A stretch of DNA of 64,000 bases from an uncultured bacterium (GCA_964387845.1 CAYLXA010000001.1:345038-409037); one strand, 5' to 3'; positions 18,818 to 29,172 are shown, counted from the first letter of the stretch. The notes: generated by a model from the sequence alone, not told the origin. Made by a program: numbers and translations.

Positions 18818-20989
18818 CTAGCGGCGGGCGCCCTCAAGTGCCCGCACTGCGGGAAGGTACATTTTTTCGATGTATTCGATCAGCATCCGCTCCATCGAAA
18901 AATCCTGCATCATCGTCTTCATAGAATCTTTCATCATCTTGACCCAGCCGGGCGAATAAGAAAGCTTCTTCGGCCGTTCAAAGTAAAGCGGCAGGACCGT
19001 ATTCTCAAGCAACTGGAACAGTTCTTTGCGATCCTTCTCGCCGCTTGCTTCATCGCCTGAGCCGAAAATCCAGCCGTTTTCACCATGCCGGACCCCTTCG
19101 GCAACCCAGCCGTCCGAAATTGAAATATTCAGAATTCCATTGGCGCCTGCTTTCATACCGCTTGTGCCGCTGGCTTCCAACGGGCGAATCGGGTTGTTGA
19201 GCCAAACATCAACACCTGATACCAGCCGCCTGGCAAGTGCAATATCATAACCCTCCACAAACATAATTTGAGCCTTAAACTTGCGCTGCTGAGCCCGCTT
19301 CCGAAGACGGCTTGATATTTCATAGATATGCTTGATCTGATCGCGGCCTTGATAATTGTTGGGGTGCGGTTTCCCGGCAAAAATAATATGCACCGGCTGT
19401 CCATATTTTTTGTATGCGTTTTCCAAAAATGAAAAAAGGCGTTCTTCATCGTCGAGAAAAAATGTGATGCGTTTATACCCCGCGAAGCGGCGCGCAAAAC
19501 CGATCACAAATGCATTTGGATCAAGAAGCGCATGAATTACGTCCGCGACTTCCTCGGGACTTTTGTTGGCACGCAGCAAATGATAGGCTAGTCTTTCGCG
19601 AAGCTCCACGATCATGCGCTCTTTCCGGTATAAATGGACTTTCCACAACACTTCATCGTCGATGGAATTGATTTTTGCCGGCCCGCCTGCCTTATCGACA
19701 ATTCCTTGAATCTCGGGAGATGTCCAATATGGAATATGAACGCCGTTTGTGATCGAATCAATCGGCGGCGTAAAAGATTTTCCGTCTTGATTGCCCCAGG
19801 CGTAATGCCACATCTTTCGGCATACCTCTCCGTGCAGCTTGCTGACACCATTTCTAAAAACACCGGAAAATAAAAGAGATAGTTTGGTCATGTCGAATTC
19901 GTCTTTTTCGTTCCGCGCACAATTAAAAATAACTTCCTGTTCATCGGGTGATAAAAATTTAGCCAAGTAAGGCCCAAGCTGGCGGCGGACGAGCGCTTCA
20001 TTGAAACGTTCATTACCTTCCGGAACCGGCGTATGGGTTGTGAAACCGATGATTTTTGCGGCGCGCTCGCGCGCTTCTTGAAATGGCAAATGATCGTTTG
20101 CCATGATCTGCCGGATTACTTCGAAAGCGGCAAACGCAACGTGGCCTTCGTTTAAATGATAAACCGCAGGCTGATATCCGGCTGCTTCGAGTGCCCGGAC
20201 ACCGCCGATCCCGAGCACGAGCTCCTGCTCAATGCGGCGTTTGCGCTCATCATCGTATTGCTTTTCAGATGCATAAAGGCGCCTCGATAAATGCCTGTCG
20301 TGAACCGGATTTTGGCTGACGTTTGTATCGAGCAGCAAAAGCTCGACGCGGCCGACGCGCACTTTCCACACTTTGGCGTAAACAATCCGGTCATCGACTG
20401 TGATATCGATAAGCAAATCCTCTGTCGTGCCTTTTCGTTTAACTGCTTCAAGCGGCAAATATTCCCTCACGTGTGCACGCGGCGGAACAATGGAATCATA
20501 AGCCACCTGCATTTCGCCTTCATCCGTCACCTTTTGCTCGTAATATCCCTGAAGATAAAAAAGCCCGACAGCAACGAGCTTAATGCCCAAGTCACTTGCG
20601 CCGCGGACATGGTCACCCGAAAGGATTCCGAGGCCGCCGGAATAAATTTTGAGCGTATCAAAACCGTACTCCATTGAAAAATAGGCCACGGTTTTATCTT
20701 TTAATTCGGGATAACGTTCGGAAACAATTGTTTTGGATGGATTGATATATTTTTGATACTCGTCTTTGACTTTCTCGAAAGTTCTTTGGTAGGACTTGTC
20801 GATCACAAGTTCGGCAAAACGTTTTTCATAATGAATCGGATTTTCGGCGCGAAGTGCTAAAAAACGGTAGGGATTTTTATTGGCAAGCGACCAAATGTGC
20901 GGGCTGAAGCCGTGGAAAAGCTGTTTGGCGTCCGGACTCCACTCATTCCAAAGATTAGAAGCAATTTCTTTTAGAAAGCGGTCCATCAA
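18818..20989 (-). CDS. glgP: alpha-glucan (glycogen/maltodextrin) phosphorylase, GT35
   Basis: 723 aa. GFTTHTPVPEGNERF, NGVSKLHGEV, ...GTSGMKAGANG (PLP lysine region); full-length match to the alpha-glucan phosphorylase family. Confidence 0.9.
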   Translation of the reverse strand: MMDRFLKEIASNLWNEWSPDAKQLFHGFSPHIWSLANKNPYRFLALRAENPIHYEKRFAELVIDKSYQRTFEKVKDEYQKYINPSKTIVSERYPELKDKTVAYFSMEYGFDTLKIYSGGLGILSGDHVRGASDLGIKLVAVGLFYLQGYYEQKVTDEGEMQVAYDSIVPPRAHVREYLPLEAVKRKGTTEDLLIDITVDDRIVYAKVWKVRVGRVELLLLDTNVSQNPVHDRHLSRRLYASEKQYDDERKRRIEQELVLGIGGVRALEAAGYQPAVYHLNEGHVAFAAFEVIRQIMANDHLPFQEARERAAKIIGFTTHTPVPEGNERFNEALVRRQLGPYLAKFLSPDEQEVIFNCARNEKDEFDMTKLSLLFSGVFRNGVSKLHGEVCRKMWHYAWGNQDGKSFTPPIDSITNGVHIPYWTSPEIQGIVDKAGGPAKINSIDDEVLWKVHLYRKERMIVELRERLAYHLLRANKSPEEVADVIHALLDPNAFVIGFARRFAGYKRITFFLDDEERLFSFLENAYKKYGQPVHIIFAGKPHPNNYQGRDQIKHIYEISSRLRKRAQQRKFKAQIMFVEGYDIALARRLVSGVDVWLNNPIRPLEASGTSGMKAGANGILNISISDGWVAEGVRHGENGWIFGSGDEASGEKDRKELFQLLENTVLPLYFERPKKLSYSPGWVKMMKDSMKTMMQDFSMERMLIEYIEKMYLPAVRALEGARR

Positions 20990-21010
20990 AACTCGAAGGT
21001 TAGAATGAAA

Positions 21011-22108
21011 TCAGATTCTGACTTTTGTTTGAATCTTTTCGATAATGGCCTGCGCCATTTCTTTGGTGCCGACTGCCGTCGGGTCATCACGATTTTGTTT
21101 CAAATCATAGGTAACGCTCTTTCCTTCACGAATGACAGCTGCTACCGCATTTTCAAGTTTTTTTGCGGCTTCTTCTTCACCGAGATGCTGCAGCATCAAA
21201 ACGCCTGACAGAATAACAGCGGTTGGGTTTACTTTGTTCAAGCCCGCATATTTCGGCGCAGAACCATGCGTCGCTTCAAAAATCGCCGCGCCGCCGATTC
21301 CAATGTTAGCGCCCGGCGCAATCCCGAGCCCGCCGATAAGCCCCGCGCAAACGTCCGAAATAATATCACCATAGAGATTCGGGAGCACGATTACATCATA
21401 CAGCTCGGGTTTTTGAACGAGCTGCATGCACATATTGTCCACAATCCGGTCTTCAAATTCGATATTGGGATATTTTTTTGCCACTTCGCGCGAAACTTCA
21501 AGCCACAAACCGTCCGAATACTTCATGATGTTAGCTTTATGGACAGACGTCACTTTTTTGCGCTTATACTTCACGGCATAATCAAAAGCAAATTTGACGA
21601 TACGCTCCGTTCCGGAAACAGAGATGGGCTTAATGCTCACGCCTGAATCCGGGCGAATCGGCTGCTTGGAAAGAGACGAGCAAAGATCGAGAACCTGCTT
21701 TGCTTCCGGCGTTCCCTTCTGGAACTCGATGCCGGCGTATAAATCTTCAGTATTTTCACGGACAATTACCAAATCGATGTTTTTATATTTGGAACGGACG
21801 CCTTCATAAGATTTACAGGGACGAAGGCAAGCAAACAGGTCAAACTTTTTGCGGAGTGCTACATTGACGGAACGAAAACCTTTTCCGACCGGGGTTGTAA
21901 TGGGCGCTTTGATGGCAACTTTGTTCTTTTCGATGGATTTGAGAAGTTCATCGGGAAGCGGCGTTCCCACCTTCTCCATAATATCGACGCCGGCTTCTTG
22001 GATATCCCAATTGATTTTGACGCCCGTCGCATCAATGCAGCGCTTAGCAGCTTCGGCAAGCTCAGGGCCCGTTCCATCACCGCGGATGAGTGTAATATCG
22101 TAAGCCAT
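21011..22108 (-). CDS. icd: isocitrate dehydrogenase (isocitrate/isopropylmalate dehydrogenase family)
   Basis: Start refined to [67 protein letters not shown]. Assigned icd rather than leuB from the acnA/aceBA context. Confidence 0.85.
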   Translation of the reverse strand: MAYDITLIRGDGTGPELAEAAKRCIDATGVKINWDIQEAGVDIMEKVGTPLPDELLKSIEKNKVAIKAPITTPVGKGFRSVNVALRKKFDLFACLRPCKSYEGVRSKYKNIDLVIVRENTEDLYAGIEFQKGTPEAKQVLDLCSSLSKQPIRPDSGVSIKPISVSGTERIVKFAFDYAVKYKRKKVTSVHKANIMKYSDGLWLEVSREVAKKYPNIEFEDRIVDNMCMQLVQKPELYDVIVLPNLYGDIISDVCAGLIGGLGIAPGANIGIGGAAIFEATHGSAPKYAGLNKVNPTAVILSGVLMLQHLGEEEAAKKLENAVAAVIREGKSVTYDLKQNRDDPTAVGTKEMAQAIIEKIQTKVRI

Positions 22109-22199
22109 TTTTAATTTCCCTTCTCTTGCATGAATTGCTATGATGAGCGCTTCGGAAAGTGAAATCGTAACAAATCTATGCGGGTATTTCAACAGATTA

Positions 22200-22345
22200 T
22201 CCGCCTACGCAGAAAATACTTTTGTCAGCCTGCGTAGGACGGATCCTACGAAGCTCCGCTGCTATAGACGGAGCGTAGTAGGATTACCATTGCTTCGGCG
22301 GATTCCGCCGACAAGTAAGGTATCACGGGCCTTAAGCCCGCGAGG
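22200..22345 (+). promoter_or_regulatory. highly structured leader with several hairpins sharing CCTACG arms, upstream of the IMPase gene
   Basis: Hairpins cctacgcag(N17)ctgcgtagg (22204-22238); cctacgaagctccg/cggagcgtagtagg (22245-22282, 12 of 14 pairs); cggcggattccgccg (22296-22310); cgggccttaagcccg (22327-22341). These sit in the divergent icd/IMPase intergenic region. Confidence 0.3.
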
Positions 22346-22351
22346 CTTCAT

Positions 22352-23167
22352 ATGAATAAAATAAAGACGACGTTAGAAAAAGCATTGCTCGCAGGCGGCG
22401 TTTTGGTTGAGAAAGCTTTTTATCAGCCAAAGAAAATCGAGTACAAAAGCCGCGCGAATTTAGTCACCGAAACGGATAAAGCAGCCGAACGAAAAATTTT
22501 GGACGTGATTTTGAATATATTTCCAAATCATACGATCCTCGCCGAAGAAACCGAGAGTAGAAATCCGAAGTTTACATCGAATACTTTTATCAATCCGAAT
22601 CCAAAATCCGCAAAATGGATCATTGATCCGATTGACGGAACGACCAACTTTGCGCACGGTCTTGCCCTGGTTAGTGTCAGTATTGGTTTTGAAGAAAACG
22701 GCGTTTTAAAATTAGGCGGCGTTTGGAATCCAATTTTGAAAGAAATGTTCTTCGCCGAAAAAGGAAAAGGCGCTTACTTAAATGGTAAACGGATCAGCGT
22801 ATCAAAAACGCCCAAATTAGAATCGTCGCTGCTCGTCACCGGTTTTCCGTACGACAAATCCCGCTATACGCACAACACAATCATGAATGTGATGAAAGAA
22901 TTTTTACTAGCATCGCACGGCATCCGCCGGCTCGGCTCAGCCGCAATTGACCTATGTTATGTTGCCTGCGGGCGCTTCGACGGTTATTGGGAATCCAAGC
23001 TTCAGCCCTGGGATCAGGCGGCAGGTGCATTAATCGCAGAAGAAGCCGGGGCGAAACTTTCTAACTTTAAAGGAAAGCGTTACAGCATTTACGAGCAAGA
23101 AACGCTCGCGACAAACGGCAAAATTCATTCGGAGATGTTGAAGGTATTGAAGAAGTTGTGGAAATAA
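22352..23167 (+). CDS. inositol monophosphatase family protein (SuhB-like)
   Basis: ILAEETE, WIIDPIDGTTNFAHGL, LVTGFPYDK and WDQAAGALIAEEAGA are IMPase signature motifs. Confidence 0.9.
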   Translation: MNKIKTTLEKALLAGGVLVEKAFYQPKKIEYKSRANLVTETDKAAERKILDVILNIFPNHTILAEETESRNPKFTSNTFINPNPKSAKWIIDPIDGTTNFAHGLALVSVSIGFEENGVLKLGGVWNPILKEMFFAEKGKGAYLNGKRISVSKTPKLESSLLVTGFPYDKSRYTHNTIMNVMKEFLLASHGIRRLGSAAIDLCYVACGRFDGYWESKLQPWDQAAGALIAEEAGAKLSNFKGKRYSIYEQETLATNGKIHSEMLKVLKKLWK

Positions 23168-23168
23168 C

Positions 23169-23253
23169 TTAGTGCTAAGGGGTAAGTGATAAGTGGTAAG
23201 TAGAAAAACGATTTTACTTATCGCTTAGCACTTACCACTTATCACTCGTTAGT
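23169..23253. repeat. hairpin repeat family 1 (GTGATAAGTGGTAAGT arms), copy 1
   Basis: agtgctaaggggtaagtgataagtggtaagt...acttatcgcttagcacttaccacttatcactcg forms a long imperfect inverted repeat between convergent genes. Related copies at 30852-30925 and 35006-35082. Confidence 0.75.
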
Positions 23254-23257
23254 CGAA

Positions 23258-23923
23258 TTAAACGTTCGCTGCTAAATCAGACCACGGATATTCGCCGGTC
23301 CAATGATAACCGGGATTATCCACGTGATTTGGTACCAAGCATCCGTAGATGTTGCCCAAACCATACACCATGCGGCTCCACCAGAACCACACGCCTTTTC
23401 CGATACCTTTGACCACATTGCCTTCTTTGCTTCCCTTGACAATCTGGCCCGGAACTTCCACGATGCCCGTAAGGCCGTTGGCGAAACCATGTATCAATTT
23501 TCTGCCGTAAGGCTTCACGCCTTCTTTTAGATTCGGCTTGAAAATACTGTACGCGGTTCCCCATTCCCACGAACGTTCGGCGTCAAACGGAATACCAACG
23601 CCCTGGTTGGATGCGGGGCTGGCAGCCCAGAATCCAAATAGCTCGGTGAATCCTGAAACTTCGCGGCCGGCAAAATGGCCAAAACCTTTGAAAAATCCAA
23701 GAATAGTGCCGACTGCTTTTGAAGCTGGTTTATTCTTGATCACACTCAAGCCTGTGTCATATCCTTTGTAAATCTGCACCGGTACTTCAACAATACCTGT
23801 GACGATATCAATGACACCGCGGACAGCTCGCTGACCCATTCCTTCGACAATTGGGCCTGCGCTAGCAATTCCGCACGGCAATACTAGTGAAAGTGCAAAA
23901 ACAAGCGCAATAACTCTACGCAT
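23258..23923 (-). CDS. secreted protein with two tandem TIGR04073-like modules
   Basis: Signal peptide MRRVIALVFALSLVLPCGIASAG. Repeated RAVRGVIDIVTGIVEVPVQI / HGFANGLTGIVEVPGQI and GTILGFFKGFGHFAGREVSGFTELF / GIGKGVWFWWSRMVYGLGNIY motifs. Paralogous to 14567..14914. Confidence 0.5.
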   Translation of the reverse strand: MRRVIALVFALSLVLPCGIASAGPIVEGMGQRAVRGVIDIVTGIVEVPVQIYKGYDTGLSVIKNKPASKAVGTILGFFKGFGHFAGREVSGFTELFGFWAASPASNQGVGIPFDAERSWEWGTAYSIFKPNLKEGVKPYGRKLIHGFANGLTGIVEVPGQIVKGSKEGNVVKGIGKGVWFWWSRMVYGLGNIYGCLVPNHVDNPGYHWTGEYPWSDLAANV

Positions 23924-24112
23924 GTTTCCTCCTCTTGGTTGGTTAATGAGTTAAATATAATCAGACCGTTTAATATTTTAAGATAAAGCCGGCCTACCTT
24001 AAATGACGGCTTTACGGCGCAAAACTTGAAAGAAAGGATTTTATGCTTTGATGACAACACTTAATTCTTTACTTAATAAAAAGGCGGATTTTATCGTTAT
24101 AGTAAGCTGACT

Positions 24113-25714
24113 ATGACATCTCTAAATAACCTAAAATCAGACGGAATCGAAATTAAAGGCGCTCTTACGCCTGCCTTCTCCGAAATCCTAACGCCTGAAG
24201 CCGTCAAATTTGTTGCGAGCCTTGAAAAAAAATTTGGGGCCCGTCGGCTTGAATTATTAGAAAAGCGCAAGGTCAGGCAAGCAGAAATCAACGCCGGCAA
24301 AATGCCGGACTTTCTAAGCGAAACCAAATCCGTCCGCGACAGCGACTGGAAAGTTGCACCGATCCCGAAAGACCTCCTCGAACGCAAAGTCGAAATCACA
24401 GGGCCCGTGGAACGCAAAATGATGATTAATGCGCTTAATTCCGGCGCCAATGTGTTCATGGCCGATTTCGAAGATTCCAACTCACCGACTTGGCAGAACA
24501 ACATCGAGGGGCATATAAATTTGCGCGACGCCGTCAATCGTACGATATCATTCAAAAACCCTGACGGAAAAGAATACCAACTGAACGATAAAATCGCGAC
24601 TTTGCTGGTTCGGCCGCGCGGCTGGCATTTAAACGAGAAACACATGACTGTGAGCGGCAAAGAAATCTCCGCTTCCTTGTTTGATTTTGGGTTTTTCTTT
24701 TTCCATAACGCGAAAACTTTGATCCAAAAAGGAACAGGCCCCTATTTTTATTTACCCAAAATGGAAAGCCACTTGGAAGCGCGTTTGTGGAATGATGTGT
24801 TTAATTTCGCACAGGATGAAATCAAAATCCCGCGCAGCTCAATTCGCGCGACGGTTTTGATTGAAACCATCTTAGCTTCGTTCGAAATGGATGAAATTTT
24901 GTACGAACTGAAAGATCACTCCGCAGGCCTCAATTGCGGACGCTGGGATTATATTTTCAGCTTCATCAAGAAATTCCGAGAGAAACCGGATTTCCTGCTT
25001 CCCGACCGTGCGCAAGTGACAATGGATAAGGCTTTCCTGAAGGCCTATGTCGAACTTTTGATCAAAACATGCCACCGCCGCGGCATTCACGCGATGGGCG
25101 GCATGGCGGCACAGATTCCTATTAAATCTGACCCCATTGCCAATGAAGCGGCGCTCGAAAAGGTCCGTCAGGACAAGCTTCGCGAAGTAAAAGCTGGCCA
25201 CGACGGCACTTGGGTTGCGCATCCGGGACTTATTCCGATCGCCATGGATGCCTTCAATCAAAATATGAAAGGTGCTAATCAATTAAATGTCGCACGTTCC
25301 GAAGTTCAAATTACGGCAAAAGATTTGCTCACCGTTCCAAAAGGCGATATCACCGAAGCCGGCCTCCGCAAAAATGTGAATGTCGGAATTCTCTACATCG
25401 AATCGTGGCTGCGCGGCTTGGGATGTGTACCACTTTATTACTTGATGGAAGACGCTGCAACTGCGGAAATCTCGCGCACGCAAGTGTGGCAATGGATCCG
25501 GCATCACGCGAAAATGACAAACGGTGTTCAAGTGACAGCTGAGTTGGTACAGAAAATCGTGAAGGAAGAACTTGCCGATATGGAAAAATCGGTTGGTGTT
25601 GAGAAATTTAAATCCGGAAAATTTAAACTTGCTTCAGAAATTTTCTACGAAATGAGTACTCGAAAAGAATGTCCTGACTTTTTAACGATCGAAGCTTATA
25701 AACATTTAGATTAA
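24113..25714 (+). CDS. aceB: malate synthase A
   Basis: The N-terminus and GPVERKMMINALNSGANVFMADFEDSNSPTW region are collinear with E. coli AceB; 533 aa. Confidence 0.95.
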   Translation: MTSLNNLKSDGIEIKGALTPAFSEILTPEAVKFVASLEKKFGARRLELLEKRKVRQAEINAGKMPDFLSETKSVRDSDWKVAPIPKDLLERKVEITGPVERKMMINALNSGANVFMADFEDSNSPTWQNNIEGHINLRDAVNRTISFKNPDGKEYQLNDKIATLLVRPRGWHLNEKHMTVSGKEISASLFDFGFFFFHNAKTLIQKGTGPYFYLPKMESHLEARLWNDVFNFAQDEIKIPRSSIRATVLIETILASFEMDEILYELKDHSAGLNCGRWDYIFSFIKKFREKPDFLLPDRAQVTMDKAFLKAYVELLIKTCHRRGIHAMGGMAAQIPIKSDPIANEAALEKVRQDKLREVKAGHDGTWVAHPGLIPIAMDAFNQNMKGANQLNVARSEVQITAKDLLTVPKGDITEAGLRKNVNVGILYIESWLRGLGCVPLYYLMEDAATAEISRTQVWQWIRHHAKMTNGVQVTAELVQKIVKEELADMEKSVGVEKFKSGKFKLASEIFYEMSTRKECPDFLTIEAYKHLD

Positions 25715-25775
25715 CTTCCCTCACCCCTCCCTCTCCCTCAGGGAGAGGGATAAAGGGAGAGGGGAATTAAGGGAG
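25715..25775. repeat. ccctctccc/gggagaggg palindromic repeat, copy 2 (aceB-aceA intergenic)
   Basis: ccctcacccctccctctccctcagggagagggataaagggagaggggaatt shares the perfect ccctctccctcagggagaggg palindrome and gggagaggggaatt with the copy at 1886-1980. Confidence 0.7.
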
Positions 25776-25780
25776 ACGCC

Positions 25781-27088
25781 ATGCAAAATATACCGCACAT
25801 AATGGAAAAAGATAAATTCATTCAATGGCTCCATGCCGAATGGAAGAACGAGTCCCGCTGGAAAGGCATTGTCAGACCTTACAGCGCTGAAGACGTTTGG
25901 AAATTAAAAGGGAGTGTTTACCGGATTCATTCACTCGCGAAGGCAGGCGCCAAACGGCTTTGGTCGCTTTTCAGCGAAGAAAAATATGTGAACACGCTGA
26001 GCGCCATCACCGGCAACCAGGCCATTCAGCAAGTGAAGGCCGGCCTCAAGGCGATTTACGTCAGCGGATGGCAAGTCGCGGCAGACGGCAATAATTCCCT
26101 GCGCATGTACCCCGATCAAAGCCTTTATCCTTCGGACAGCGTTCCTTATTTATTAAAACGCATCAACCATTCATTGATACGAGCTGACCAAATCCACCAC
26201 TTAAAGGGCGACAATTCTATTTATTGGATGGCGCCTCTTGTGGCCGATGCCGAAGCCGGATTCGGCGGTCCCTTAAATGCCTTTGAAGTGATGAAGATGA
26301 TGATTGAAGAAGGCGCTGCGGGCGTTCACTTTGAAGATCAGCTTGCGTCCGTTAAGAAGTGCGGCCATTTGGGCGGAAAAGTGCTGGTGCCGACGCGTGA
26401 ATTTATTACCAAATTGATTGCCGCCCGGCTCGCAGCAGATACTTCCGGTGTCGCCACGATTTTAGTCGCAAGGACCGACGCACACAGCGCTTCCCTTTTG
26501 ACGAGCGACATTGATCCTAACGACACACCCTTCATCGATAAAAAGAAGGAGCGCACGCATGAAGGCTTTTATCATGTGAAAGCCGGGCTTGAACAAGCCA
26601 TCGCGCGCGCGCTGGCCTATGCGCCTTATGCAGATTTGCTGTGGTTTGAAACTTCAACACCGGATTTAAAAGAGGCGAAGGAATTTGCGGAAGCGATTCA
26701 TAAAAAATTCCCTGGAAAATATTTGGCTTACAACTGTTCGCCCTCATTTAATTGGCGCGCCAAACTCGATGAAAAAACAATCGCCAAATTCCAGAGCGCA
26801 CTCGGCGATATGGGTTACAAATTCCAGTTTGTAACTCTGTCAGCATTCCACGCGCTCAACTACAGCATGTTCAGCCTCGCAAAAGGCTATAAAGAATCGG
26901 GGATGGCGGCTTATTCGAAATTGCAAGAAGCGGAATTCGATGCGGAAAAACTGGGCTACGAAGCTATCAAGCACCAAGAATTTGTGGGAACAGGCTATTT
27001 TGACGCAGTTACTGATGTTGCTTCACAAGGCACCGGCTCGACGCAAGCGATGAAAGGCTCCACCGAAGCCGAGCAGTTTCATAAGTAG
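25781..27088 (+). CDS. aceA: isocitrate lyase
   Basis: ICL signature [14 protein letters not shown]. 435 aa, directly downstream of aceB. Confidence 0.95.
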   Translation: MQNIPHIMEKDKFIQWLHAEWKNESRWKGIVRPYSAEDVWKLKGSVYRIHSLAKAGAKRLWSLFSEEKYVNTLSAITGNQAIQQVKAGLKAIYVSGWQVAADGNNSLRMYPDQSLYPSDSVPYLLKRINHSLIRADQIHHLKGDNSIYWMAPLVADAEAGFGGPLNAFEVMKMMIEEGAAGVHFEDQLASVKKCGHLGGKVLVPTREFITKLIAARLAADTSGVATILVARTDAHSASLLTSDIDPNDTPFIDKKKERTHEGFYHVKAGLEQAIARALAYAPYADLLWFETSTPDLKEAKEFAEAIHKKFPGKYLAYNCSPSFNWRAKLDEKTIAKFQSALGDMGYKFQFVTLSAFHALNYSMFSLAKGYKESGMAAYSKLQEAEFDAEKLGYEAIKHQEFVGTGYFDAVTDVASQGTGSTQAMKGSTEAEQFHK

Positions 27089-27092
27089 AGCG

Positions 27093-28597
27093 CTACTTCC
27101 TCAAAAACTCACACAACAGACGCACGCCGTAGCCGGTGGCGCCGCGGAAGTTGTAAGGACGCGCGGAATCAACCCATGCGGTTCCCGCGATATCGAGATG
27201 CGCCCATGATTTACAATCCACAAATGCTTCGAGGAATTTCGCGGCTGTGATGGTTCCGCCGTAGCCGGAGCCGGCATTTAGAATGTCTGAATGGTGTCCC
27301 TTGATAATGTCGAAATACTCTTCCCACATCGGAAGCTGCCACAAGCGCTCGCCGACCGACTCGCCTGTTTTAATGAGCTGATCAATCAACTTTTGATCAT
27401 TGCCCATCACGCCGGCACATTTGTCGGCAAGCGCCACAACGCAGGCGCCCGTCAAGGTCGCAAGGTCAATCATGGCTTTCGGTTTGTAATTTTCGCAGGC
27501 GTAAATCAATGCATCCGCCAGAATCAAACGGCCTTCAGCGTCGGTGTTGATGATTTCAACCGATTTTCCGTTGTTGTAAGTGATGATATCGCCCGGACGC
27601 GACGCGGTTCCGCTCGGCATATTTTCAACCAAGGGCGTGATGCCGACTACATGCACATGCGGCTTCAATTTGGCAAGCGCAAGCATGGTTCCCGCAACAG
27701 TTGCAGCACCCGACATATCGTATTTCATTTTTTCCATGTCTTTCGACGGCTTAATTGAAATGCCGCCCGAATCAAAACACACGCCTTTGCCGACTAAGCA
27801 AACAGTTCCTTTATTTTTATAGGATGCACCGTATTCGATAATCATAAATCGAGGCGCCTCTGAGGAACCTTGGCAAACCGCGATCACACCGGCCATTTTG
27901 CGGCGCTTGATTTCGGCCTCTTCCATCACTTTAACTTTAAGTCCTGCTTTTCGCGCAGCCTCACTGGCCTTGGCGGCAAATGCTTTTGGCGAGATCACAT
28001 TCGCGGGTTCGTTAATCAAATTACGCGTAAAATTGACGGATTCGGCAATCACCTGCGCACGCTTCAAACCTTCTTCAACAGTTTTCGCGCTTTTCTTTTG
28101 TTCATAAATGATTGTGACTTCTTCAACGGAAAGCTTGGGATCGTCTTTCTTCTTCTGCAGATATTTATCAAACTTATAATCGGCGAGTAAAAATGTCTCC
28201 GGAATTAATTCGGAAACTTGGTTAAGGCTCAATTTTCCGGAAACAAACTGATCAGCAATAATCACAACCGATTTTGCCTTTTGGCTTTTTGCTAAACCCA
28301 ACAAACTACCGATCGCGCGGCGCAATGTTTCAATTTTAAGCGACTCTTTCTTCCCTAACCCGACAAACAAAACGTCGCTCGCGGCTTTGTAGGCATTAGT
28401 TCCGTAGGAAGGCAAGGTTTCGCAGCATTTACCCTCAAAACGCTTCTTCTGGATCGCGCGGCTCAGCGCTTCATAAGCTACCGGGTCAATGTCTTTTAAA
28501 GATTTAGGGGGTTGTTTGGCGCCTTCAAAAAGGGCTACGATTAATAGATCGGAGGGTTTTCTTTTGTCGGTTAAATGGCTGGCTGCGATTTTCATGA
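27093..28597 (-). CDS. pepA: leucyl aminopeptidase (M17)
   Basis: NTDAEGRLILADAL signature. Start refined to MKIAASHL, with AGGAGAAAGG RBS. Confidence 0.9.
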
Positions 28598-28655
28598 CGT
28601 TCCTTTCTCCTAAAACAAGATGAAATAATAGGTAAAATAACGACTGCGCATTATA

Positions 28656-28745
28656 CAAGCTACAGGCCACAAGCTACAAGCTTAAAAGCCTGAAGCTTGC
28701 AGCCTGTGGCTTGAGACTTGAGGCTTGAAGCCTGCAGCCTGAAGC
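28656..28745. repeat. long imperfect hairpin built from AAGCTT/AAGCCT-like hexamer units
   Basis: caagctacaggccacaagctacaagctt | aagcttgcagcctgtggcttgagacttgaggcttgaagcctgcagcctgaagc; the left arm is close to the reverse complement of the right arm. Confidence 0.6.
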
Positions 28746-28750
28746 AATGC

Positions 28751-28779
28751 TTGCACTTAAAGAGGCTTTCACGTATAAT
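28751..28779 (+). promoter_or_regulatory. sigma70-type promoter for rpmB
   Basis: TTGCAC (28751-28756), exact 17-nt spacer, perfect TATAAT (28774-28779), about 34 nt upstream of the rpmB ATG. Confidence 0.6.
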
Positions 28780-28812
28780 GCACGCTCTTTGACGAAAGGA
28801 ATAGGATTTATC

Positions 28813-29070
28813 ATGCAAAAGTGCGCAGTTTGTGAAAAAGGCCCCATCAGCGGCAACTCCATTGCCCGCCGTGGTATGGCCAAGAAAAAAGGCGGGGTCG
28901 GTAAGAAAATTACAGGGATTAAACGCCGCCGGTTTTTACCGAATCTTCAGCGTGTTAAGGCCATTATTGGCAACGGGACAGTTCGCCGAATTTGGGTTTG
29001 TTCGGCTTGCCTTCAGGCCGGAAGAGTTAAAAAAGCGGTTTCCCGGAAATCACTCCAAACCGTAGCTTAA
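28813..29070 (+). CDS. rpmB: 50S ribosomal protein L28
   Basis: MQKCAVCEKGPISGNSIARRG...RRFLPNLQRVK...RIWVCSACL is the L28 pattern. Start set at MQKC, not the upstream in-frame ATG. Confidence 0.8.
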   Translation: MQKCAVCEKGPISGNSIARRGMAKKKGGVGKKITGIKRRRFLPNLQRVKAIIGNGTVRRIWVCSACLQAGRVKKAVSRKSLQTVA

Positions 29071-29172
29071 ATTCAAATCTCAAATTTCAAAATTCAAAAT
29101 AATTCAAATTACTAAATTCCAAATTGAAACATTTGAATTTAGAATTTGTTTTGATATTTGAAATTTGAATTT
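29071..29172. repeat. hairpin repeat family 2 (CAAATT/TCAAAT units), copy 1
   Basis: attcaaatctcaaatttcaaaattcaaaat...attttgatatttgaaatttgaatttaaaattg. Its first 22 nt are identical to the copy at 46306. Confidence 0.75.

Noticed and set aside
22140-22355. 71-aa plus-strand ORF across the icd / IMPase intergenic region
   Set aside because: It spans a region dominated by stable hairpins and is read through from within icd antisense sequence. No RBS.
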